64,000 nucleotides of DNA. Origin: Octopus sinensis. Its lineage: Eukaryota. Location: the NCBI RefSeq assembly GCF_006345805.1, contig NC_042997.1, positions 199,020,001 through 199,084,000 on the forward strand, read 5' to 3'. Shown here in pieces: positions 26,853 to 38,935 of this stretch. The notes under the pieces are model-generated. The model had not been told where the DNA came from and ran no database searches. It saw nothing but the letters and a program-made list of their open reading frames with translations. Positions within the stretch are counted from its first letter, which is position 1. The number at the start of each line of letters is the position of its first letter. Position numbers and translations under genes: made by a program.

Positions 26853-26967
26853 GAACATACTAAGTATATCTACCTGCTGGAAATAACAGTCAAAACTCTT
26901 ATTTAAAGGTGATTTAAATAAGAGTTTTCACTGTTATTTCCAGCAGGTAGACATATTTAGTATGTCC
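26853..26967. repeat. Hairpin with 55-bp arms and a 5-nt loop
   Basis: ...ctacctgctggaaataacagtcaaaactcttatttaaa-ggtga-tttaaataagagttttcactgttatttccagcaggtag... Confidence 0.9.
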
Positions 26968-27364
26968 TTTTATTAATATTATAAATATAAATATTACATA
27001 AGTTCAATAAGAAAGTGGGCACATTCTTTCTATGCTATTACTGTGAGGCTTTACAGTATAACGCTTAAATTATATTGCATTATCATCATCATTGTCATGT
27101 TATGCAATGCATCATCATCATGCATTCAGTGTCCATACTTGTGTGAGCCAGACGGGATTTGTTGAGGAAGATTCTCAATGGCTGAACATGCATTTTATTG
27201 CCAGCCACCACCTGTTTCCAAGCAACATAAAATATTCCCAATGGCCAAACTTCTTTTTCCAGGGAAGACTCCAGGGAGAAGTGAACATTATTCATATGAC
27301 AGTGATACATTTTTTATAATCATCATATGATGCCAACCCCTGGCTACACTCCCTACCATATACT

Positions 27365-27443
<79 letters not shown>

Positions 27444-27631
27444 CTTTATTTAAAAGCAGCAGAAATATAACAAAAGCTGTTACACAAAACTGTCTGACAA
27501 ACGGGAACGTGAAACTCTGAGTAACAGCTTCTGTTATATTTCTGCTGCTTTTAAATAAAGCATATTACTCTACCTCTGGTATTTGAGTACTCTTTTTACC
27601 ACCTTGTTTCACATTTATGTGCTTACTCTGG
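27444..27631 (+). mobile_element. (TA)n-nested short element A with 40-bp inverted arms and a hammerhead
   Basis: Flanked by (TA)n on both sides; arms 27444-27483 and 27521-27560 match 39/40. Confidence 0.7.
27490..27527 (+). ncRNA. Type I hammerhead ribozyme motif with G8A core variant (family A)
   Basis: CTGT-CTGACAA-ACG(GGAA)CGT-GAAA-CTC(T)GAG-TA-ACAG: all three stems pair, stem II has a GNRA loop, GUA site; core differs from CUGANGA at one position. Confidence 0.75.
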
Positions 27632-27665
<34 letters not shown>

Positions 27666-27666
27666 T

Positions 27667-27853
27667 TGGGGGAGAATTCACAAAAGACGAAGACAGGTGG
27701 AGCATACAACAAATAGATGTATTAGTATAACGCTCGGGAAGTGCAAAAGTCTTTAATGTTTCGAGCCTACGCTCTTCCACAAAAAGAACACAGAAAGAAA
27801 CAAGGAGAGAAAATAAAGAATGTGTAGTGGCTAGTGATCTATCATGACGAATG
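27667..27853 (-). mobile_element. (TA)n-nested short element B
   Basis: Flanked by (TA)n; homologous to 39475-39591 in the opposite orientation. Confidence 0.75.
27750..27787 (-). ncRNA. Degenerate hammerhead motif (family B)
   Basis: Minus strand TCTTT-TTGTGGA-A-GAGC(GTAG)GCTC-GAAA-CA-T-T-AAAGA; stems intact, core mutated at two positions. Confidence 0.45.
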
Positions 27854-28182
27854 ATATATATATAAAATGCATGATTTATTTGTGATCAGAGTTATTCGAA
27901 AACCGAGGTACTACTGTATATATTTACATATATAATATTATAAATATAAATATCACATTATTGGTTCAATAAGAAAGCGAGCACTTGAAAAAATGAGTAG
28001 AGATGCTTTTTTGAATGGGATAATTTTTATTTTAATCTCAGTAATAATGTTAAACATTATTATTAAGATTAAAATAAAAATTAACCCCCACAAAAGTCAT
28101 CTGTACTCATTTTTTCAAATATATATGATATTGTACCAAGAACTTTCTTTTAATTATTCTACTATATATATATATATATATA

Positions 28183-28393
28183 CTCTTTTACGTGTTTCAG
28201 TCATTTGACAGCGACCATGCTGGATCACCGCTTTTAATTGAGCAACCCGACCCCAGGACTTATTCTTTTGTAAGCCCAGTACTTATTCTATCGGTCTCTT
28301 TTGCCGAAACGCTAAGTAACAGGGACATAAACACACCAGCATCGGTTGTCAAGCAATACTAGGGGGACAAACACAGACACACAAACACACACA

Positions 28394-28437
<44 letters not shown>

Positions 28438-28557
28438 TACAACGGGCTTCTTTCAGTTTCCGTCTACCAAATCCACTCACAAGACTTTGGTCGGCCCGAG
28501 GCTATAGTAGAAGACACTTGGCCAAGGTGCCATGCAGTGGGACTGAACCCGGAACCA
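28183..28557 (-). mobile_element. SINE S1 (head truncated)
   Basis: Matches S1. Confidence 0.9.
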
Positions 28558-28650
28558 ATACCTTGTGAGTAAATCTGATAGAGTGCAAGCCCATTGTGTA
28601 TCTGTGTGTGTGTGTGTGTGTGTGTAGATAGATAATATTGTTTGATTATT

Positions 28651-28684
<34 letters not shown>

Positions 28685-28685
28685 G

Positions 28686-28792
28686 AGGAGTGGCCATGTG
28701 TGGCACCTTGGGCAAGTGTCTTTTATAGCCTTGGGCCAACCAAAGCCTTGTGAGTGGATTTGGTAAATGGAAACTGAAAGAAGCCTGTCGTG

Positions 28793-28827
<35 letters not shown>

Positions 28828-29025
28828 TCCCCCACCATCACTTGACAACCGATGTTGGTGTGTTTATATCCCTGTAACATAGCGGTTTGACATAAGAGAC
28901 TGATAAAATAAGTACTAGGCTTACAAAGAATAAGTCAGTTGGTCGACTTGTTCGACTTAAGGTGCTGCTCCAACATGGCCACAGTCAAAACGACTGAAAC
29001 AATAAAAGAAAAAAAAGAATAAAAG
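28686..29025 (+). mobile_element. SINE S1
   Basis: Matches S1; duplicate at 30756-31098. Confidence 0.9.
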
Positions 29026-29037
29026 AATATATACATA

Positions 29038-29454
29038 GGCGTAGGAGTGGCTGTGTGGTAAGTAGCTTGCTAACCAACCACATGATTCCAGGTTCAGTCC
29101 CACTGCATGGCACCTTGGGCAAGTGTCTTCTGCTATAGCCCCGGCCGACCAATGCCTTGTGAGTGGATTTGGTAGACGGAAACTGAAAGAAGCCTGTCGT
29201 ATAGATGTATATATATATATGTATGTGTGTGTATGGTGTTTGTGTGTCTGTGTTTGGTTTGTCCCCTTAGCATTGCTTGACAACCGATGCTGGTGTGTTT
29301 ACGTCCCCATCACTTAGCGGTTCGGCAAAACAGACCGATAGAATAAGTACTGGGCTTACAAAGAATAAGTCCTGGGGTTGATTTGCTCGACTAAAGGTGG
29401 TGCTCCAGCATGGCCGCAGTCAAATGACTGAAACATGTAAACGAGTAAAAGAGT
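29038..29454 (+). mobile_element. SINE S1
   Basis: Matches S1; duplicate at 31110-31526. Confidence 0.9.
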
Positions 29455-29569
29455 ACATACATATATATATTGAGGCTGTATGCAAATTTCTTATGCATAT
29501 CCATTTATGTATTTTATTTCGCCTCCCTTTTGACTTGTACCCAAACGCATATTTCATTGTACTTGTAGG

Positions 29570-29885
29570 AGCACTCTATTGGTTACGACAAGGGTCCCAG
29601 CTGATACGATCAACAGAACAGCTTGCTCATGAAATTAACATGAAAGTGGCTGAGCAATCCACAGCAGTGTGTGCTCTTAATGTAATTCTTAAGGAGATTC
29701 AGCATGACACAGTGTGTGTGACAAGGCTGGCCCTTTGAAATACAGGTACTACTCGTTGTTGCCAGCTGAGTGGATAGGAGCAACATGAAATAAAGTGTCT
29801 TGCTCAAGGGCACAACGCATTGTCGGGAATTGAACTTACAATCGTGAGCCGAATGCCCCTAACCACTAAGCCATGCACCTTCACT
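29570..29885 (-). mobile_element. SINE S5
   Basis: Matches S5. Confidence 0.85.
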
Positions 29886-30211
29886 CATTGTACTATATTA
29901 TATATGTAGATGTTGTAGATAGAGAAACCTGTTACTTTTCTATAATATAAAGAGTCTGAGCATCTCTTCAGTTCTTTCATTTTACTAGCATTCTCAGTTA
30001 CTCTTTTACTTGTTTCAGTCATGTGATTGTGGCCATGCTGGAGCACCGCCTTTTAGTCGAGCAAATCGACCCCAAGACTTATTCTTTGTAAGCCTAGCAC
30101 TTATTCTATCGGTCTCTTTTGCTGAACCGCTAAGTTACGGGGACATAAACACACCAGCATCGGTTGTCAAGCGATGTTGGGAGACAAACACATACATAAA
30201 ATATATATAAA

Positions 30212-30401
30212 ATGTAACCGCGTGTGTACCGTTGGCGATTTTTTTCCTCTGTCTTCCCTTCTCTGGATCCTTACTTCTCTTATGTTTCCGACGAAGAGCT
30301 CTGCTCGAAACGTTAAACCCTCCTTCTTTCCTGAGCGTCCAATAATTCTATATTTGTTCCATGTCCTCGCGTTGTGTTTTTTTGTGCTTTCTTGATTGGA
30401 T

Positions 30402-30405
<4 letters not shown>
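30212..30405 (+). mobile_element. (TA)n-nested short element C
   Basis: Sits in the S1 central microsatellite; copies at 32284-32477 and 54608-54755. Confidence 0.75.
30284..30318 (+). ncRNA. Minimal hammerhead motif with U4C variant (family C)
   Basis: GTTT-CCGACGA-A-GAGC(TCT)GCTC-GAAA-CG-T-T-AAAC; same architecture as 4296-4341. Confidence 0.65.
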
Positions 30406-30437
<32 letters not shown>

Positions 30438-30472
30438 CATACATATATAAATACATACATATATATATATAT

Positions 30473-30503
<31 letters not shown>

Positions 30504-30722
30504 CATATATACAACGGGCTTCTTTCAGTTTCCGTCTACCAAATCCACTTACAAGACTTTGGTCGGCCCGAGGCTATAGTAGAAGACACTTGGCCAAGGT
30601 GCCATGCAGTGGGACTGAACCCGGAACCAATACCTTGTGAGTAAATCTGATAGAGTGCAAGCCCATTGTGTATCTGTGTGTGTGTGTGTGTGTGTGTAGA
30701 TAGATAATATTGTTTGATTATT

Positions 30723-30754
<32 letters not shown>

Positions 30755-30755
30755 G

Positions 30756-30862
30756 AGGAGTGGCCATGTGTGGCACCTTGGGCAAGTGTCTTTTATAGCC
30801 TTGGGCCAACCAAAGCCTTGTGAGTGGATTTGGTAAATGGAAACTGAAAGAAGCCTGTCGTG

Positions 30863-30897
<35 letters not shown>

Positions 30898-31526
30898 TCC
30901 CCCACCATCACTTGACAACCGATGTTGGTGTGTTTATATCCCTGTAACATAGCGGTTTGACATAAGAGACTGATAAAATAAGTACTAGGCTTACAAAGAA
31001 TAAGTCAGTTGGTCGACTTGTTCGACTTAAGGTGCTGCTCCAACATGGCCACAGTCAAAACGACTGAAACAAATAAAAGAAAAAAAAAGAATAAAAGAAT
31101 ATATACATAGGCGTAGGAGTGGCTGTGTGGTAAGTAGCTTGCTAACCAACCACATGATTCCAGGTTCAGTCCCACTGCATGGCACCTTGGGCAAGTGTCT
31201 TCTGCTATAGCCCCAGGCCGACCAATGCCTTGTGAGTGGATTTGGTAGACGGAAACTGAAAGAAGCCTGTCGTATAGATGTATATATATATATGTATGTG
31301 TGTGTATGGTGTTTGTGTGTCTGTGTTTGGTTTGTCCCCTTAGCATTGCTTGACAACCGATGCTGGTGTGTTTACGTCCCCATCACTTAGCGGTTCGGCA
31401 AAACAGACCGATAGAATAAGTACTGGGCTTACAAAGAATAAGTCCTGGGGTTGATTTGCTTGACTAAAGGTGGTGCTCCAGCATGGCCGCAGTCAAATGA
31501 CTGAAACATGTAAACGAGTAAAAGAG
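30756..31526 (+). mobile_element. Two SINE S1 copies (duplicated)
   Basis: Copy of 28686-29454. Confidence 0.9.
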
Positions 31527-31642
31527 TACATACATATATATATTGAGGCTGTATGCAAATTTCTTATGCATATCCATTTATGTATTTTATTTCGCCTCCC
31601 TTTTGACTTGTACCCAAACGCATATTTCATTGTACTTGTAGG

Positions 31643-31957
31643 AGCACTCTATTGGTTACGACAAGGGTCCCAGCTGATACGATCAACAGAACAGCTTGCT
31701 CATGAAATTAACATGAAAGTGGCTGAGCAATCCACAGCAGTGTGTGCTCTTAATGTAATTCTTAAGGAGATTCAGCATGACACAGTGTGTGTGACAAGGC
31801 TGGCCCTTTGAAATACAGGTACTACTCGTTGTTGCCAGCTGAGTGGATAGGAGCAACATGAAATAAAGTGTCTTGCTCAAGGGCACAACGCATTGTCGGG
31901 AATTGAACTTACAATCGTGAGCCGAATGCCCCTAACCACTAAGCCATGCACCTTCAC
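31643..31957 (-). mobile_element. SINE S5 (duplicate)
   Basis: Copy of 29570-29885. Confidence 0.85.
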
Positions 31958-32283
31958 TCATTGTACTATATTATATATGTAGATGTTGTAGATAGAGAAA
32001 CCTGTTACTTTTCTATAATATAAAGAGTCTGAGCATCTCTTCAGTTCTTTCATTTTACTAGCATTCTCAGTTACTCTTTTACTTGTTTCAGTCATTTGAC
32101 TGTGACCATGCTGGAGCACCGCCTTTTAGTCGAGCAAATCGACCCCAAGACTTATTCTTTGTAAGCCTAGCACTTATTCTATCGGTCTCTTTTGCTGAAC
32201 CGCTAAGTTACGGGGACATAAACACACCAGCATCGGTTGTCAAGCGATGTTGGGAGACAAACACATACACACATATATATAAA

Positions 32284-32473
32284 ATGTAACCGCGTGTGTA
32301 CCGTTGGCGATTTTTTTCCTCTGTCTTCCCTTCTCTGGATCCTTACTTCTCTTATGTTTCCGACGAAGAGCTCTGCTCGAAACGTTAAACCCTCCTTCTT
32401 TCCTGAGCGTCCAATAATTCTATATTTGTTCCATGTCCTCGCGTTGTGTTTTTTTGTGCTTTCTTGATTGGAT

Positions 32474-32477
<4 letters not shown>
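32284..32477 (+). mobile_element. Element C (duplicate)
   Basis: Matches 30212-30405 at offset 2072. Confidence 0.75.
32356..32390 (+). ncRNA. Minimal hammerhead motif, duplicate of 30284-30318
   Basis: Identical sequence in the second unit of the 2.07-kb duplication. Confidence 0.65.
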
Positions 32478-32511
<34 letters not shown>

Positions 32512-32544
32512 CATACATATATAAATACATACATACATATATAA

Positions 32545-32584
<40 letters not shown>

Positions 32585-33452
32585 GACGGGCTTCTTTCAG
32601 TTTCCGTCTACCAAATCCACTCACAAGGCTTTGGTCGGCCCAAGGCTATAGTAGAAGACACTTCCCCAAGGTGCCACGCTGTGGGACTGAACCTGAAACC
32701 ATGTGGTTCATAAGCAAGCTACTTACCACACAGTCACTCCTTAATAAATCCTTGCTATATTTCTATATTATTCTGTATTATGGGAATTTTAGAATTTTTC
32801 ATTCAATTTGCACAGAAGTATGTCTCAGATGAAAATTTATAAACAATATATGTTACACAAATGTTTACACTTTCTTCTTTATTGTTTCAATGAAAAAACA
32901 ATTTTCTTGCCAAAATGTGAAACCGTTGCAAACTTTGTTTATTTTATAAGTAATGGATGCATGGGTAAGAAAGAGAAGTAGTCTGTTGCAAGAACAGAAG
33001 CAGAAGTCCAACAGAGGCTAGCTGGCAATAGAATGATTGCAGTGAAATTTGAGAATGAATGAACACACAAGTCTGTTATGAGTACAGGTAGAGGTAAAAT
33101 ATTTTGTTGCTTTATACGAAAGGAAGAGCTTATTGGTAGTGATGATATCCATTATATGTTGGTAAGTTTTAAGAAACACTATGGAATAGAATTAGTGAAT
33201 TAGTTATCAGAGATATAATAACAATAACAAACCCTGGTAAAGAACAAGACTAGAAATGGTAAATTGATCTGGAGTTAGGTTTGCTGAAAAGCATGAAATA
33301 TATAAAGAACTGCATAAAACAATGAAACTTTTGTTAGAATACTATCGTCTGTGCATACAAATATATGTCTTCGTGAAGTTTTCAGAAACATTAAGAAGGA
33401 ATAAATCTCAGAAAAATTTTACATAATTTTATTATTACAATTATTATTAAAG

Positions 33453-34262
33453 TGATGAGCTGGCAGAAATGTTAGCACGCCAGGCGAAATTCTTAGCAGT
33501 ATTTTGTCTGACTTTATGTTCTGAGTTCAAATTCCACCAAGGTTGACTTTGTCTTTCATCCTTTCGGGGTCAATTAAATAAGTACCAGTTACGCACTGGG
33601 GTTGATATAATCGACTTAATCCATTTGTCTGTCCTTGTTTGTCCTCTCTGTGTTTAGCCCCTTGTGGGTAGTAAAGAAATAGGTATTTTGTCTGCCATTA
33701 CATTCTGAGTTCAAATTCCACCGAGGTTAACTTTATCTTTCATCCTTTCAGGGTTGATAAATTAAGTACCAGTTGCGTACTGGAGTCGATCTTATCGACT
33801 GACCCCCTTCCCCTAAAATTTCGGGGCCTTGTGCCTAGAGTAGAAAAGAATTGTTAGCACACTGGATGCAATGCTTAGCAGTATTTCACCTGTCGCTACA
33901 GTTTGAGTTCAAATTCCGCTGAGGTCGACTTTATCTTTCATCCTTTCGGGGTCAATAAATTAAGTACCAGTTGAGTACTGGGGTCGATGTAATCAACTAT
34001 CCCCCTCCCTCAAATTTCAGGCCTTGTACTTATAGTAGAAAGGATTATTATTATTAAGGCAGTGAGCTGACAGAATCGTTAGCACACTAGGCAAAACGCT
34101 TAGTTGCATTTTGTCCTTCTTTGTGATCTGAGTTCAAATGCTGCTGGGGTCAACTATGCCTTTCATCCTTTTAGGCTCAATATAGTAAGTACCAGTCATG
34201 TATTGGGGTAGATGAAATTAACTAGCCCCTTTCTCTAAGAATGCAGGCCTTTATAGCCTATA
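33453..34262 (+). mobile_element. SINE S2 array (4 units)
   Basis: Matches S2. Confidence 0.85.
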
Positions 34263-34303
34263 GAAGAAAGAATTATCATTATTACTTCACTAATATTTAG
34301 TTA

Positions 34304-34562
34304 GTGGAGGCACGTGGCTAAGTGGTTAGGGTGTCAGCATCATGATCGTAAGATTGTGGTTTCGATTCCTGAACCAGGCGATGCGTTATGTTCTTGAGCA
34401 AAACACTTCATTTCACGTTACTCCAGTCCACTCAGCTGCCAAAAATGAGTAACGCTGTGATGGACTGGTGTCCCGTCCAGCTGGGGAACACATATGCCGT
34501 AGTAACCAGGAAACCGGGCCCATGAGTCTGGCTAGGCTTTAAAAGGGCACAAGAAGAAGAAG
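34304..34562 (+). mobile_element. SINE S5-type head with S4-type tail
   Basis: 12-bp TSD aatatttagtta at 34292-34303 and 34563-34574; (AAG)n tail. Confidence 0.9.
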
Positions 34563-34667
34563 AATATTTAGTTATACCTTTAAACATTCTGTGTTCAAAC
34601 CCTGCTGAAGTGGACTTTGTTTTTCTTTCTCTGACCTCATTAACATAAGTACCAGAGTTATATTAAA

Positions 34668-34900
34668 AAGGCGGTGAGCTGGCAGAAACGTTAGCACGCC
34701 AGGCGAAATGCGTTGCTGTATTTCGTCTGCCGTTACGTTCTGAGTTCAAATTCTGCCGAGGTCGACTTTGCCTTTCATCCTTCCGTGGTCGATAAATTAA
34801 GTACCAGTTATGCACTGGGGTCGATGTAATCGACTTAATCCATTTGTCTGTCCTTGTTTGTCTCCTCTGTGTTTAGCCCCTTGTGAGTAGTAAAGAAATA
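34668..34900 (+). mobile_element. SINE family S2
   Basis: Head aaggcggtgagctggcagaaacgttagc, B-box-like gagttcaaatt, central gcctttcatccttccgtggtcgataaattaagtaccag resembling the Nin/Deu SINE domain (from memory). Confidence 0.85.
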
Positions 34901-35411
34901 TATATTGGGGGTGGTTCTTGTGTTGGGTTTGGTTGAGGGTGACTATAACATGTACTACAAATTTGTAGCCTGGAATCAAAGTTAATGATCGTGTTGTTTG
35001 GGTAGAAGGAAACGGAAGAACACTTGTCATAAATATCAAACAGCATTTAACTTTGACCATCTTCATTCTGAATTCTATTGAACTCTTTCTCTGCCTGCTT
35101 TGTATTCATCTTGCCTTGGTCAATAAAATACTATTCATGTGCCGAGAATGATTGAACCAATTACACATCTCACCTACAAATTTGTGGCTTTGCACCAAAG
35201 CGAGAAATCGTTAGAATAAAACAGTAAAAATTACTACAGTAAAAATGGTTACTGGAAATCTAGATATCAGTTGCTAGTTTATTGGAGAAAAAAATTAAAT
35301 AAAAGGCTGAGTATGTCTTCTGTTTTCACAATAAATCTGTTTGCCTACATTGTAAAATAGCCTTTGACCACACACACACACATATATATATACATATATA
35401 TGTGTGTGTGT

Positions 35412-35620
35412 GAAGGCCCATGGCTTAGTGGTTAGGGTGTCAGCATCATGATCGTAAGATTGTGCTTTCGATTCCTGGACCGGGTGATGCGTTAGGTTCT
35501 TGAGCAAAACACTTCATTCCACATTGCTCCAGTCCACTCAGCTGGCAAAAATGAGTAACGCTGCGATGGACTGGAGTCCCGGGCCCATGAGCCTGCTAGG
35601 CTTTAAAACGGTGCATTTAT
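35412..35620 (+). mobile_element. SINE S5-type
   Basis: Matches 34304-34562. Confidence 0.85.
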
Positions 35621-35625
35621 TATTT

Positions 35626-35656
<31 letters not shown>

Positions 35657-35659
<3 letters not shown>

Positions 35660-36125
35660 GAAGCGCAATGGCCCGGTGGTTAGGGCAGCGGACTCACGGT
35701 CATAGAATCGCTCTTTCGATTCCCAGACCGGGCATTGTGAGTGTTTATTGAGCGAAAACACCTAAAGCTCCACAAGGCTCCAGCAGGGGGTGGTGGTGAA
35801 CCCTGCTGTTCTCTTTCACCACAACTTTCACTCTTTCCTCCTGTTTCTGTTGTACCTGTATTTCAAAGGGCCGGCCTTGTCACACTCTGTGTCATGCTGA
35901 ATCTCCTGGGAACTACGTTATGGGTACACGTGTCTGTGGAGTGCTCAGCCACTTACACGTTAATAAATGAGCTGCGACGTCACTGGTGCCAAGCTGTATT
36001 GGCCCCTTTGCCTTTCCCTTGTATAACATCGGTGGTATGGAGAGGGGAGGTTGGTATGCATGGGTGACTGCTGGTCTTCCATAAACAACTTTGCCCAGAC
36101 TTGTGCCTCAGAGATTAACTCTCTA
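35657..36125 (+). mobile_element. SINE S4
   Basis: Matches S4. Confidence 0.85.
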
Positions 36126-36455
36126 GGTTCAAAGTAGAATTTTTTAATGTTGGCAAATGAAATAAGTATAAAAATGTGCATTGTCCATTTAATTAAAAAA
36201 TTCTATATGTGGCTGAAGATTGCTCGACATTTTAAAACTGATGTAATACTTACAGTGTTTAATAAAATGAAGTAGCATGAAACAATTGTACTACACTACC
36301 TTGGATATCCTTGTTGCTTATTTTGATTATAATCACCCCCATTTGGTTTATATGGATAATACCATACCAAATTCTGGTGCCTTTAACTTAAGTACCATAT
36401 TCATCTGAATCTAAATTTTCCTGAACTTATACACACACACACACACCACACACAC

Positions 36456-36503
<48 letters not shown>

Positions 36504-37039
36504 TAACAGGGAGAAAACCAATACAACATCAATTCCAAAAGTTGCATGTAGAATTTATTGCCTGTTTATTATAGAGAAATCCTTTGTCACTCTCAACCAT
36601 TCTTATTAGAGTGAATTAGTGATTGGTTTCTCCAGAACCAATCATTAAATCACTGTATTATATCTGATATAAAATATGCGTGGCAAGGTAACATCTCAAG
36701 GAAACACTTTTCTTTTTAATAAATCCTACTAATCTTGTCTATTTTGGGTTGTATATACCTTAGTGTGTTCGAATTGAGAGATATTTTCTCAGCCCGGCTG
36801 CTAACAGGATCTTATGTAAAATATGTGATGGATGAACCAAGGTCACTGAGACAACCTCAACACTCCACCACCATCATCACCACATACTTTACTTTTCTAT
36901 CACCTTAACCCTGTCACTTCTATCATGCCAACAGATTATTCTTTATAAATTTCAATTAGACTATACCGTTTTCTAACAATTTTTCATAACAGATAAAAAA
37001 AATAAAAACAATCTTATGACAACCTCTTATTTAGAATCT

Positions 37040-37620
37040 AGGCGGCGAGCTGGCAGAGTTATTAGCATGCCGGGCGAAATGCTTAGCGGTATTTCGTCTG
37101 CTGCTACGTTCTGAGTTCAAATTCCGCCGAGGTCAACTTTACCTTTCATCTCTTCAGGGTCGATAAATTAAGTACCAGTTACGCACTGAGATCGATATAA
37201 TCGACTCAATCCATTTGTCTATCCTAGTTTGTCCCCTCTATGTTTAGCCCTTGTGGGCAATAAAGAAATAGGTATTTCGTCTGCTGCTATGTTCTGAGTT
37301 CAAATTCCGCCGAGGTTGACTTTGCTTTTCATCCATTCGGGGTCGATTAAATAAGTACCAGTTATGCATTGGGATCGACATAATCGACTTAATCCATTTG
37401 TCTATCCTTGTTTGTTCCCTCTATGTTTAGCCCCTTGTGGGCAATAAAGAAATAGGTATTTCGTCTGCTGCTATGTTCTGAGTTCAAATTCCGCCGAGGT
37501 CAACTTTGCTTTTAATCCTTTCGGGGGTCGATGAAATAAGTACCAGTTACGCACTGGGGTCGATGTAATCGACAAGCCCTTTCCCCAAAAATTTTCAAGG
37601 CCTTGTGCCTAGAGTAGAAA
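37040..37620 (+). mobile_element. SINE S2 trimer
   Basis: One head plus three units of about 184 bp; probable TSD tatttagaa. Confidence 0.9.
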
Positions 37621-38339
37621 TAATATTTAGAACCAAATCTCTTTTCCTCTCGCCAAACATTTCCCCATATCTTCAAGTGTTTCTAATGCATTTCTCCATT
37701 CAAGATTTCCAACAGCATATATATCCATAACTAATCTCCCACGCCCAATTCCAAATCTCGGACTACTTTGACCTCTCCTCCACCAACCTTCTTTACTACA
37801 TCACCTATAAACTATATAAATATAAAGTCTCTATAGGAGGCAGAAACAAACTGTCATCTGGATAATCATTTTTGTCATCTTATGCTAAACATATATAACA
37901 CTCAATCATTTTCCCAAACCATCCCATCAATTTCCTTCAGAGAACCACTCCTTCAACCACAGCCAGGCTTGTGAAATCACTTTAACACCATGGCTTGACT
38001 TTCACCTCAGTTCTACTCTAAGCACTTCTTCACCTGATTTTATTAATGAACATCTCTCATTCTCATGGTTTACACTGACTTTGCCCTCTTCGCTCGTTTT
38101 TTTTTTTCTTCCTTCTTTATTTTAGCAATTCTTAGCGTGTCTGTCTGTGCGCATGGAGAGTTTATGAAGTGTGTGTGTGTGTATGCAGGTAATATCATGG
38201 TGGTGATGGAGGGATGGGCTGGGGGTTTACCCTGACTATTTTTCTCCTGTCTTCCCTTGCCATATTTCATACATCATAACTCTTCACCTCCATCACCAGC
38301 GTCTTCTCCATCAACTGCTCTGCGGCAACAGTAACCAGT

Positions 38340-38935
38340 ACTTTCTCTCTCTCTCTCTCTCTCCTTCACTCCCTCCCTCCCTCTCCTTCCCTCCCTCTCT
38401 CCCTCTCCCTCTCTCCACTGAACACACAATTCTTTTTCTCACTCTCTCTCCACACCCATGCATATAATTACTTGACTGGTTTCAATCATTGGACTGTGGC
38501 CATACTGGGGCATCACCATCAAACGCCTTGGCTGATCAATATTTACTCCAGTCTGATACACATTTCATGAATCAATATCTTTCAAATGGCCAAGTTTTAC
38601 ATGTTTTTTTCTTTCCAGCATTGTATATAGTTTTTACTAAGTGTGTGTTATCTATCTCTCTACTTGTCTGTCTGCCTGCCTGTCTGTCTGCCTGCCTGTC
38701 TGTCTGCCTGCCTGTCTGTCTGTCTGCCTGCCTGTCTGTCTGTCTGCCTGCCTGTCTGTCTGCCTATCTATCTATTTATCTATCTATCTAACTGTTTATC
38801 TATCTACCTGTCTACCTGTTTGTCTATCTATCTGTCTGCCCACTTGTCTGTCTGTCCGTCTATCTGTTCATCTCTCTTGTCTGTCTGCCTGTCCGTCTAT
38901 CTATCTCTCTATCTATCTATCTATCTATCTACCTA
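38340..38935. repeat. CT-rich tract and (TCTG/CCTG/TCTA)n array
   Basis: Directly visible; a short S1-like fragment lies between the two tracts. Confidence 0.95.

Larger units (their letters stand above)
30001..30628 (-). mobile_element. Chimeric SINE S1 at the duplication junction, containing element C
   Basis: Left half matches 32073 onward, right half matches 28440-28557. Confidence 0.85.
28440..32583. repeat. Tandem duplication of two 2.07-kb units (about 28440-30511 and 30512-32583)
   Basis: Colinear near-identity at offset 2072-2073; the duplicated ORFs 29397/31470 and 29610/31683 are identical; breakpoints lie in (TA)n. Confidence 0.95.
32073..32741 (-). mobile_element. SINE S1 containing element C
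   Basis: Matches S1. Confidence 0.9.

Noticed and set aside
26275-37620. CRISPR-like or other prokaryotic arrays
   Set aside because: Units are SINE-derived and lack unique spacers; the context is eukaryotic.
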